Positions 13,345 to 27,899 of a DNA stretch of 64,000 nucleotides are shown piece by piece. Source of the stretch: the human T2T-CHM13v2.0 reference genome, Homo sapiens; the NCBI RefSeq assembly GCF_009914755.1, contig NC_060939.1; one strand, 5' to 3'. The position numbers and the translations under genes are program-made. The first letter of the stretch is position 1, and the number at the start of each line of letters is the position of its first letter. The notes beneath the pieces are model-generated. The model made no database searches. It saw only the letters and a list, made by a program, of their open reading frames with translations, and was not told where the DNA came from.

Positions 13345-13643
13345 TCTCTTACTGAGGAACAAAAATACTCTTGCAATGGCTATTGAGTTTCCACAGGTAC
13401 GAGGCAGATGCTAGGCTAGCACACCCACTTCCAACAGTATGACTTGTTTCCTATCCGTCTACTACCTGAGTGGCGTCAGTGTAGGTTCAGGCACCATTAG
13501 GAACGTTTGACCAAACACGTACACGGCACTGACAGAGGAGGCGCCGGCCTTCCGGTGGACCAGGGCATGTAAAAAAGACACCGACACAATGGAAAAGAAA
13601 TCCTCGAAGGTAGAACCTCGCCGCCCGCGCCGCGCCGCGCCGC

Positions 13644-15107
<1,464 letters not shown>

Positions 15108-17375
15108 TTAGAGAAGAGCTGTCCACGCGCCAGCGAGGAAGACACACCTTGCCCCTGTGTTGCCGAGGCTAGGGCCCTGGACCTTCACTGTCCCAGTCCC
15201 CACTGTCGCTCTGGTGACTGTGACATCCGGATGGGCGGTGCTGAAGGAGCGGATAGGAGTGGGCTCTGATCTGCTGCGGTAGTAAAAGGATGTAGGGACC
15301 TCTTAACTGCGTGTGTCTTCTGGCCAGGGAAGCTGGGGTGTACTCATTCTTTCTCTCTGGGGGACCTCAGGTACTTGGTACCCTGGAACCCTGAGTAGGG
15401 TATTGCAGCAGGGTGCAGATACCCTACTTGGTCTTGGTCCCCAGAGCCTTGTCACAATTTAGAACGGTCAGGTTCAGACTCTGGCCTTCCCCCACTGGCA
15501 AGGCCGCCTGCTTGACCAGACACAGGTCCCAGGCTGGCCTCTGTAAGGATGGAGGCCTTCAGGTGGGGAGGACACTGGGCCTGCACAAAAGTGCCTCCTC
15601 TGAAAAGATGTCTCACCTCACGCCAGGCATGGGACAGAAACCTTGCACTCAACCTCATTCATCGGATCTTGGATCAAACACCCCCTTGATTCAGGGATGC
15701 CAAATCGCTTCAGGAGTTCCTTTCTCACTCAGTTTGGCAAGGTGGAATGCTAAATTGAGGAGGATTCTGAAATAGGCCTGCGCTCAGCAAAAAAGATGTT
15801 CCCATTCCCAGAAAAGTCCCCCTGGGTGGGGTGGGGTGACGCTGGGGAGCACTTCTTGGATGAGACCCACTGATGAGGTCAACCAGTCTGAGGGGGGCAC
15901 GACCATATCTGGGGTGGGGGGACCCTGAGAAAAGAGGTGGGAGAGCAGAGAGGCAGGCAGCACCTACTACTACTCTGTAGGGACCTCCCTGGGTGAGGAG
16001 AGAATTCTGACCGAGTGTCATTGGACGAGAGGCAGGGCCCATCATGCTGGCCGCTGGGTGCTGCAGGAACTGGTGCTCATACCTGAACAGGCGTCCCTGG
16101 CTTCCAGGGGATGAGCCTGGGAGAAGGCCCATTGCTCTCCCACTTAATTTTTGTCCCCCCCTCAAACCCTTCAAGCAAGTTCAAGAGTCGGTGACTCTCC
16201 TGTGACCAGGTCACCCCAAAGCAAAGGTGGGCAGAACTGACCCTCACCACCTCCCACTCTGACATTCCTTTCCCCTTCCCACCTGGGATAGGAAGGTGTG
16301 AAGTGTCTCAGACTGGTGCGTGAGACACTAAAGGGTGGACACTCGGGCTGGGCCAGGAAGGGAGGTGCGCCTGGTGCTAGCAGGAGCGCACTGAGAGCGG
16401 GCTCAGGAGTCCCTGGCTGGAAGGACCCTTCCCACAGTTGTCTGCTGAGAGCCCTGCATCTAACATGAAGGCACCGAGGCCTGGCAATTGCAGGCAGAGC
16501 TATTCTCAGCCCGAGAGCCTCCTGATTCTACATCTCGAGCCACTGCCATCACTCCCCATGTGGGTGCTGAAGAAGAACAGCCACAGCACTACGGGAGTGC
16601 TCCAGGCCTTTGAGACGCAGGACTCAAACTGCCACCGACTGGCTGTCACTTATGCCATCAGTAAAATGGGGTATCAGTCCCTGCCTCATGGAGCCCTGGG
16701 AGATGACGTACAGGCAGAGGCTGGAGTCTGAGAGCACTGAGCAGTGCTGGCCACCGCCCGACTCCTTGACTCATGCCACTCCTTTACTAATTCTTTGTGA
16801 GCCCCACTTTAAGTAAATGTCTGGAGAGGACCAATTACTTGCAGGCTGTTTTTTACAAATCCTTTTCCCTGGCAGTTCACTACTGAGATTTCAAAAAACA
16901 TCAATCAGTCAGATGCTTAAAATGAATCCCTCAGCGTTTGCAAGCAGGGGCAGCCCCGGACCCTCTGGAGGCAGGCAGCCTCATGGGGCGTAGGCCCCTC
17001 TCCTCACCTTCCTGCCAGCTCCACCCACCAGTGTGCTGCCTCTGGGAGGGGAGGAAGGGGGCGCCGAGGAATCGCGCTCTCAGTTCCCTGGCTTTTTTTG
17101 AGGACCCACACGGTTTGTAATTAATTCCGCTCTGCGGCAGCACATTGTGTTCTGATCTTAGCAGATAGTTTTGTGTTGTGACTTGCCTGTGGCTTGTTTT
17201 CTGAGTGGGCGTGTTGATTCCTTCTGCAGAAAATAGGGGGACAAAAAATCCCTTTACAAGAGCGCATGCTTGCATGCACACATGCCTACATGTGTGTACA
17301 CAGCCACTAGGTCCAGCCAGAGCCACTTCAAGCCATAGCCAGGGTGGCCCCAGCTGCATGCAGCTGGGATGGCTA

Positions 17376-17672
<297 letters not shown>

Positions 17673-17801
17673 TTATAGCACCCAGTCCACTTGCATGCCA
17701 GCTGTCCCAGGAGGAGCAGGGGTGGTACATTCCCTCCCCAGGATGCCCCAGCCATAGCCCTCCCTGTGGGCGCTGGGGAAAGGGACAGAGTAGGATCTTA
17801 C

Positions 17802-17916
17802 TGGGCCAGCCGGGCGTTATCGTTGTCGTCTTTCCCCCACTCCCAGTCCTTGCCAGGGTCCACTGCAAAGTGCAGAGGCAGCAGCTTGTGCTCAGAATCC
17901 GTCAGGGGGATCACGG
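17802..17916 (-). CDS. OTUD7A: OTUD7A coding exon ([37 protein letters not shown])
   Basis: ctcttctgttccAG acceptor and GTaaga donor. 115 nt, phase 1-2. Confidence 0.96.
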
Positions 17917-20900
17917 CTGGAACAGAAGAGACAGAGCCGTGCTTGGAGCCCCGGCAGTCCCCAGGCAGGATGGCAAGGAAATTCCCAAGCCAGGTATCTG
18001 GGTGACAAATGCACCGAGTGGACATCTACACAGATCTGTGCCAGCAGGAGCATGAAGACCAAAACCACTATTGCTAGTTTTTAAAATTTCGTATTTATTG
18101 CGGACAGTGGAGAGCAGTTGGAAGCGTCACCTGGACCCTGGCTCTCTTTGGGTCTGTCCAATGGCAGATACTCCATTGGGCAGCAGAATGGGAAAAAAGC
18201 TATTGCTGCCTCTGCTATTTCTAGGAAGGATCTAGGCAGGTTAGGCACACTTTGGGAGGCCACCTTGCAGGTGGGCCTGGGGCTCAGCTCTCCTGTCTCG
18301 TCCCAGAGAAGGGCCGAATGTGCAAGTCAGGTGAGCAAGGGTGTTGCTGACCTCTACTGGTTTGTAATTTTGTGCCACAAGTCTGTATCAGTGCCTGGGA
18401 CCCATGGACCCACCCGCCCCTGCCCGTGGGAAGCTCACCTGTGCTGGGGACAGATAAGCAGGTTAACAAACATCTCATAATGTCAGGTGGTGATGAGCCC
18501 TGGAAGGGTAAACACCAGGCAGAAGGCAGTGATGGTGAAGCCTTTTTCGGATGGGGTCAGGGGGTCCTTTTGAGGAGGTCACATGTAGGTGGAGATTGCA
18601 GTGATGAGCCACTGGCTGGTCATTTCTCAGAGGGATTGACTCATCACAAAACTTCTGTGGTGAAACTCACCACCCGTGGGAAATCCTGGCTCACTCCAGA
18701 AGGGCTAGGGTGGAGGGGGTATCTACAGGTTTGGGATCTTCTAGGAGCTTCTGAGCTGCTGGGGGACCTGATGAGAGGAGTGCCTAGTGACACGGTTGAC
18801 TCCTCCCAAGGGCATTGTCAGGGACAAGGGCAGGAGGAACTGGGAGATGGTCTCCCCAAGTCTTTCCTCGCAACAAGCAGCAGCCTCCTCCATGGGCTCC
18901 ACTTAGCTCCCCTGCAGGCCCCACACCTGGGAGTCACACACAGCAGAGAAGCACAGCCACCTTGGACCAGCTGCTTTGCCTCTTTGCTGGTGCCCATGGT
19001 TCATGGCAAGGGTGCCATGGCAAGAACAAAAAGGCAAGGAAATAGATCAAATCGAAGACTGAACACCAATAGTTGATTTGGTAAGAAATTGGAAAAACTG
19101 ACTCAATGCTGCCCTCCAGTGTTGCTTAAGAGGAAAAGTGGGTGCAAATAATTCCCCTCTCCACCCCCGCACCTCTTCTTCTCCAGCTTCCCCAAGCTGC
19201 CAATAAGGGAAATGCAGCTTTGCTGACCAATGACCAGCTCCGGGCTTTTCATTAATCTGGCTTGGGATTGGAAAGTGCAGTGCTCTGATTTGAGAGGTCA
19301 GGGGTGGCTTGGCCTGGCTTTGCTGCAGCCTGCTGGGTTCTGCCTTGACGTGGCCACCCTTTCCAGATCTGAGCTGCAGGGCAGACACACCCAGGGAGGG
19401 CTGCAGGGCTGGCTCAGGGACAGGTCTCCCTTGGGTGGTGCCCAGCAGCCTGTCCCATAGTTCTATGAGTCACTACACAAACAGAGAAGGGGTTAGCCTC
19501 GCTTCTTACTCATGGGGCAGGGGGTGGCACAGGCTCTCCCCATCCACAATGTTTCCCAGAATAGAGCAGTGCAGCTCCTGGGAGTTCCAAGCCCCCATGA
19601 ATGGATGGGCCAAACCAAAGTGTCCAGGAAAGGGACTCAAAAAGCAACATTTTAAATAAGCATCTCCTGTGGCTTTTAAAATCAAGCAAATTCAGGAAAT
19701 ATTGTTCTAGAACAAGAATAATCTGTTAGAAGCAGTTCCTGTGGGTGCAACTTGGACATTTTGGGTCTGGCTGTCCACCCGCTTCCCAGGGTAGAATTGC
19801 TGTTGGAGAACATCAGCCCAGCCACCACTCCATGTCTTAGCCACCCCGGCCCCAGGATTTAGGGGGAACAGGCACCTAGTGGCATCCATGGTCTGTGGGC
19901 AGAAGCAATGTGGGAAGTGCTGGGTGATGTGCTCAGGCATGGGGGTGTCTCTCCCCACTCCCCTTCCATGGTGCCTGCAGAAGACAGCAGATCTCCACTG
20001 AAGAGCTGCCTGACAATTGAGAACACTCCTTTTAGATTTCCACTGTGTTAAGTCACTGTGATTTTGGTTTGTTTGTTTCAGATAAACCACCTAAGCTAAG
20101 ACGGCACCCCAGACAGTCACCCTCACTTCCCTATCATGGGGTTCCTGGGGACTCCTCCCCTCAACAGCAGGGCTGGAATGGACTCCTTGGGCTGCCCAGG
20201 GCTCCAGTGCACGGTGGGAATACCCCTGAAGGGGCTAGTGCCTGTCCACCTAGAAGGGTCCAGCAGCCTTGCGGCCTAGATCTGGCTGGGGTGAAGGGCC
20301 AGGTACTGAGAGGCTCTACGGACATGCCTGCTCACAACTGAAGACACCGAGGGGCTCAAAGGAAGGCTTTTCTGCAGAGGGTCAACTGCGGCCTGTGGTG
20401 AGGGCTGGGGCTGCAGAGCCCAGGGACAGTTCCGGCCAGGAGGCCATGAAAACAGGTCCTCCTCGTGAGCAGCGGCTGCTCAGGATGCCTCTGCTTCTCA
20501 ACTGTACACCCTGACATTTCCCTATTGGAAACCTGGCTTTACCAGTGAGGAGCAGCCATGCAGCGGCTTGCCCTCTGGTGGTAAATGTCTAGAACAGCAA
20601 CTGCTTTTCAAAATGAGCCTAAAAAGGCCGGAAAGGTGTTTTGTTTTTGTTTTTGAAAGGCCTCTTGTATGTCTTTTAGCCTGGAAACATATAGGCATCA
20701 TCTCATGCTAGCCTGAATATATTCTGAGTACTTATTTTCTAAAAAAAAATCAAGATTTCTGGTTTTTGTCTCCGATGTGAAAAGCTGGAAGAGCATTGTT
20801 CCACCATGAAAACATTCCAGTCAAACTGCAAATTCACAACTTATCTTTAACCCACCAGACAGCTGAAGTCACAGGGAAACCGACTTATCCAATATCTAAG

Positions 20901-22646
20901 GAAAGACAGGTGCCGCCAAGGAGAGACAGACATGAGCTTAAGAAGGGCCAATTCAGCTGGACCCCAGTAAGAATCATTCAGCTAAAATGGTTAAATTGGT
21001 AAAGGAACAGTATCAGCTAGTGAAATAATATGGAACCCTGGGGGCTGAAGATATAAAGGAAATTCACATGCACCTGCAGGCTCCTCTCCACAGGACCTAC
21101 CTGGTTCTCCCAAAAAAGACTGGCAGGAGTTCTAAGAGAGTGTCTCCATAGATATTTCCATCCTACCTCTACCAAGGAATAAAAGCTTAAACTGCAGAGT
21201 GTAGGGCAACAAACACTGGGTGCACTAAGGGTCATCTTCTGTTACTCTGATTAAGCATCTGTCTTAGGCAGGCACTGTATCCCTGGATCTGGGGATGGGG
21301 GTGACCTTCCTGGGCTATCATAACTAGACTGGTCCAAACCTAGACTCTGAAAACCTAGCAAAAGGAAAGGCATGCTTCTTTCCAGGAATAAAAGTGATTT
21401 ACTGCAGTCTTTACTGTCCTACTCAAGATGCCTGGCTTTCAGCAACGACAACAAAAAACCTATGAGGCGAAAGGAAAGATAAAAAAAAAAACCCAACACA
21501 TTGATAAAAGACAAAGCAGTTTATAGAACAAGACTCAGATATGACACAGGTGTTGAAACTATCAGACAAGGAATTAAAAATAACTGATTAATAAGTTAAG
21601 GACTAATAGAAAAGCCAGATACCATGCAAGATTTGATGGTTAATTTCAGCATACAGAACAAATCTATGAGAAAGAAATGAAAATGCTAGAAATGAAAAAC
21701 ACCATAATAGAGGTGAAGAATGATTTTGAGGGGCTGGTCAGTTGACTTGATATAGCTGAGCAAAGAATCTGATCTGTAAACCTCAAGATAGGTTACTAGA
21801 AATGACACAAACTGAAACAGAAAAAAAGGAGGTGGGAAACTGAACACAGCATCTAAGAGCTGTGTGACAATATCAGCACCTTAAGTTCTGTGTAAATGAA
21901 ATCCCAGAAGAGGGAAAGAACAATGCAAAATAAAATTTTAAAGAAATAATGGCTAAGAATTTTTCAAAATTAATGACAACCATCAACACAGATCTAAGAA
22001 ACTAAGAGAACATCAAGAAGAAAAAGTAACACCACCACAAATATTCCTATAATAGCCTCTTAACACTTCTGAAACCCAAAGACAAAAAGAAAGTCTTGAA
22101 GGCAGCCAGAGAAAAAAGAGGATACATTATACAGAGAAAAACAAAGGTACAAATTACAACAGACTTTTCATGGTAAAACAGGTAAGCCAGAAGATAATGG
22201 AGTGACATTTTTAAAGTGCTGAAAGAAAAAAAAAAACTGTTAATCTAGAATTCTATACCCAGCCAAAATATCTCTGAAACATGAAGAAGACATAAAGAGT
22301 TTTTCAAATAAAAGTGAGCAAATCATTGCCAGCAGACCTGAACTACAGGAGATGTTAAAGTGCAAGAAATATGGTACCAGTAGAAACTTGTATTTACACA
22401 ATTAAGAGTGATGGAAATGGAATAAATGGATGTGAAAATTCATTTTTTTCTTCTTTTTAATTGCTCTAACAGATAACTGTCTAAAGCAAAGGGCAGCAGT
22501 GCATTATGAATTTATAACAGATGTAAAAATAAAATGTCTGATAATAGCAAAGAATGGGAGGGAGGGATTGGTAATACACTGTTGTAATATCCTTATACAA
22601 CATGTGAAGTCAAGTAATATTACTTAAAATAGAATCTCATTAATTA

Positions 22647-22950
22647 GACCAGGTGTGGTGGCTCACACCTGTAATTCCAACACTTTGGGAGGCCAAGGTG
22701 GTTGGATCACTTGAGGTCAGGAGTTCAAGATCAGCCTGGCCAACATGGTGAAACCCCATCTCTACTAAAAATACAAAAATTAGCTGGGCATGGTGCTGTG
22801 TGCCTGTAATCCAGCTACTCTGGAGGCAGAGGCAGGAGAATCGCTTGAACCCAGGAGGCGGAGGCTGCAGTGAGAGCCTGCAAGATCATGCCACTGCACT
22901 CCAGCCTGAGTGACAGAGTGAGACTCTGTCTCAAAAAAAAAAAAAAAAAC
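22647..22950 (+). mobile_element. AluS in L1
   Basis: Full Alu with TSD aatctcattaatta. Confidence 0.95.
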
Positions 22951-23281
22951 AAATCTCATTAATTAAAGATGTTTATTGCAAACCCTAGGGAAACCACTAA
23001 CAATTAAAAATAGGGGTATAACAGGTCCATAGTGGAAATAAAACGGAACCATTAAAAAGCTCAATTTACCCAAGATAAGATAGCAAAAGAGAAACAAAAG
23101 GAAAAAAGAACTCATACAGTACATAGAAAACAGGTAGCAAGATGGTGGATTTTAATCCAAACATATCATTAATACTATTAAATGAAAATGGTCAAAACGT
23201 ATCTTTTAAAAGATAAAATTGTCAGACTGGATGAAAAAGCAAAACCCACATATATGCTGTCTACAAGAATCTCATTGTAAG

Positions 23282-23519
23282 GGCCAGGCACTGTGGCTCA
23301 TGCCCAGCACTTTGGGAGGCTGAGATGGGTGGATCACTTGAGGTCAGGGGTTCGAGACCAGCCTGGCCAACATGATGAAACCCTGTCTCTACTAAAAATA
23401 CAAAAATTAGCTGGGCATGATAGTGTGTGCCTGTAATCCTAGCTACTCGGGAGGCTGAGGCAGGAGAATTGCTTGAACCTGAGAGGTTGAGGTTGTAGGA
23501 AAAAAAAAAAAGAAAAAGA
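23282..23519 (+). mobile_element. AluS in L1, right arm partly deleted
   Basis: Alu sequence jumps from gaggttgtag to the A tail; approximate TSD aagaatctcatt/aagaatcccatt. Confidence 0.9.
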
Positions 23520-24500
23520 ATCCCATTTTAAATATAAAGACATATGGAGGTTAAAAGATATTCACTAATGGAAAGAGAGCTAGAGTAGCCATATTTATGT
23601 CAAAGTAGGCTCCACAACATGGACTGTTACCAAAGAAAAAGAGGAACATTACATAATGCTAAAGGGGTCAATTTTCCAAGAAGCCATAATCATCCTATGT
23701 GTATGCATGCTAACAACATAGCTTCAAAGTACATGAAGCAAATACTAACAAAAATGAGAGAAATAAACAAATGTATTACAGCTGCAGACTTTGCTACTTT
23801 TTGCTCAGTAACTGACAGAGCAAGTAGGCAGAAACCAGTAAGGATATAGAAGAACTGAGCTGCACTCTCAGAGAATTTGAGGTAATTGACATTTCTAGAA
23901 CCTAACAAGAGCAGAGTATATATTATTTTCAAATACATATGGAATATTCACCAACACAGAACATATTCTTAGCCAGTCTGAGTGCATTAAAAAGAACAGA
24001 AATCATGATGTTTGTGCTCATGTCATAACTGAAACTATAAACCAGTAACGAATATTTGAACAATCCCCCAAAACTTGAAACTCAAACAGCCTGTTTCTAA
24101 ATAATCCATAAGTCAGAGGAAGTCTCATGGGAAATTAACGAATAGTTTGAACGGAATGAAAATGCAAATATAGCACATCAAAATTTGTATGGTGTAGTTA
24201 CAGCAGTACTTAGGGGAAAAGTTATAGCATTAAAATGCTCATATTAGATGAGAAAACAGTCTCAAATTAGTAATCAAAATTTCTGCCTTAAGAAACTAGA
24301 AAAGGGGTAGCAAATTAAACTCAAAGCAGAGAGGGAGGAGGGAAGTAATGATAGCCTGTACGTGAGGCCAAGGCCAGCCCCTGAGGATCGGGCCCCTAGG
24401 CTGGGGCATCAGGGCCAATGGTGGCAGACATACATTCTCTGGCCTAAAGTTTATATGTAGATAAGATATTTGGATTGGTCATTGGTCTATAGACTAAGCT

Positions 24501-24867
24501 TGCTATTGACTGAATATTTGTGTTCCTCCAACATTCACTGTTAAAGCTTAGTCTCCATGTAAGAGTATTAGAAGTGTGGTCTTTGGGAGGTGATTAAGGC
24601 ATGAGGATGGAGTCCTTGAGAATGGGATTAGTGCCTTTATAACAACAGGCACGAGAGCGCTCTTCTTTCTCTCTCTTGGCCACGTGAGGACACAGTAAAA
24701 AGTGGCTGTGTGTAGACCAGGAGGAGGACACCCTTACCAGACTCCAAATCTGCTGGCTCCTGGATCTTGTATTCCCAGCTTCCAGAACTATCAGAAATAA
24801 ATTTCTATTGTTTATAAGCCACCCAGTCTATGGTATTCTGTGGCAGCAGCCTGAATTGACTAAGACA
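24501..24867 (+). mobile_element. MLT1A-type MaLR solo LTR
   Basis: tgctattgactgaatatttgtg...gggattagtgcctttata...tccagaactatcagaaataaatttctattg...gactaagaca. Approximate TSD aagct/aaact. Confidence 0.85.
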
Positions 24868-26133
24868 AAACTGGAAAAAGTGCTGACCAGAATTAAGGAA
24901 ACTGTACTGCTGAAAAAACTCTCAGGCTGAGAGAGCGTTCAGCATCTAACACAATTTCTGGGCTCCTGAACTCATGCCAAAAGTGGGTGGTGAAGCTCTC
25001 AGCCCCAGAGGGTGCACTCTGTGCACACATCAGATGTGGCCCTGTGGGACAATGACAACTGGGGTCTCCTCAGAGAGCAGAACCAGGATGTCACCCTGGC
25101 CCACCAAAAACTCACTCCCCACATCCAGGGCAGTGAGTGCTGGCTGCTCCTGTCCTGCAGGTAGGACAGGTGGCTGGTGCTGCTGCCTCCCAGCCCCTCT
25201 CAGAAGCGGTTTTGTTGGAGCACATGTTCTCACTCCAGTACCATGCATGGGAGCATGGAGTCCTCAGGAGCCTGGAGTGGCCAGATGGAGGAAACTGCAC
25301 ATCACACAGAGATGGCTGGGGCCCTCATTTGGGAATCAGGGGCGATGGTGGCTGGTATGCGCTTCCTGTGGGCATGGACGTCTTGGGGAGGTCTGGTGGG
25401 GGATCCAGGTGTCTGTGCCTAATTTGTAGCTCAGGAGGGGACAGGCAGGGCTCCTGAGGGGAGGCTGGCATCTGGGTGCACTCTTGCTTTCTCTTCTCTC
25501 CAGGCCTTCAGGCATGACTGAAAAACCCTCAGCCAGTTCTTTCCGTGGAGTTAACTGTGGCTGGCATCCCTTTGGAACAGTGCTTTGGGTCCCTGAGTTG
25601 ATGGTCATTGGGGTAGGGCATGAACCAATCAGCAGATGTATTGTGGATAAACACACCTCGTGCTTTTAATCAGCGTTACTCAGCTCTCTGGGCACCTGCC
25701 CACTCTATAAGCTGAAGACAGAGCTCCATAGCCATGAAGTCCCTTCCATAGCTCCTGGCCACCTCATGGTGCTTTGTGATCTGTAGGTCAACAGTGTCAA
25801 AGATGACAGACTTGAGAAACAAAGGTCTCAGCTAAAAGTCTGGATGCCCCCAACCCCAGCTCCTCGGCCTCTCACCCCTTAGCCAGGGGCCTTTGCAGAC
25901 AAAGGTTCTTCAGGGTTCTGTGCTCTGGGGCTCCTGAGAGGAGTGGCAAAGAAATATGGCCCAGTGAGACTGGCCACACACCACAAGGGTAGGCGTAGCT
26001 GTGCTTTTTACTCCCACTCTGACCCTATCTTTCAGTGGCAACTGACAAACTTAGAAAGTAGCCAAGAGAAGGGAGACTAATTACAAACGTAATTCAGTTT
26101 GGGGGCACTTCTGGTTTCCAAAACCTTCTTGCT

Positions 26134-26502
<369 letters not shown>

Positions 26503-26571
26503 TTACATACTTCCTCCATTATTTTATTCAGATAGGTACACAAATAGACCAATTTGATTGGTATTTGATAA

Positions 26572-26871
<300 letters not shown>

Positions 26872-27604
26872 GATAAATGATTCTTTAACACAATTTTAAA
26901 ATCAAGTTGAGCAGAATATGTAATGATACTTGTAACATGTAAAGATACATTTCTATTTAAAAAGAGATTGGATCTGTTTATTATAAATTAATCCTGCAAG
27001 AAAAAGCATGGTTCATTGTCAAACATATTGAAAACTGGAATGTTACATTCCGTGTGGCTTGGGGAATAGTAGAGCATAGGTGAGCATTTGATTTAACCAC
27101 GAGCCATACATCAAATACAGATGGAAGGCTGCTTCCATGGCCCGGTGGGTAGAAGTACTCTGTTTGGCTCCCAAGATCCCTAGCAGACACTTATAAACTT
27201 GCTGTGTTGTTTCTAAGCAGCAAGAGACAAATTGGTAAGCTGCTCTTTGCAAAAACTTTTTTTTTTTCAAGTATCACATTTTGAATGTGTTGAGTCTCTG
27301 TTCCCAATAAAGGGATGGCCAACCTTGGTGTGATCATCTGTAAGCCTCGATCCTTGCAGTCTGCAGCCGTTTCAGAGCTCTCTGTTCACACCAGCATCTC
27401 CCCCTCCATCTGTAACCAGTGGACTCCCTCAGGGCTCCTGTGTGCTGCTCTCTAGGTTCCTTAAGTGGGACCCTTGGGGGAAGGCACTGAGGACACACTG
27501 AGGGTGCCCTGACCTCTGTGTGGCCCCTGGATATGCCTCAGAGGCTCACAGGCTGTTTGTATATATGAGGGAAAAACTATTTAAATAATTGACTTATATG
27601 TTAA

Positions 27605-27899
<295 letters not shown>

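Larger units (their letters stand above)
5748..13643 (-). other. OTUD7A: Probable long 3' UTR of OTUD7A (~7.9 kb)
   Basis: Largely repeat-poor, AU-rich sequence between the stop codon and a minus-strand AATAAA at 5768-5773 with a GU-rich downstream element. Repeat density rises abruptly left of ~5570. The exact cleavage site is estimated. Confidence 0.7.
20750..24340 (+). mobile_element. Old L1M element (5' region, degraded ORF1, start of ORF2 endonuclease) interrupted by two Alus
   Basis: A-rich L1 sequence: gacaaaaagaaagtcttgaaggcagccagagaaaa, agaattctatacccagccaaaatatc, tatatgctgtctacaagaa, aatgaaaatgcaaatatagcacatcaaaatttg. Confidence 0.85.
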
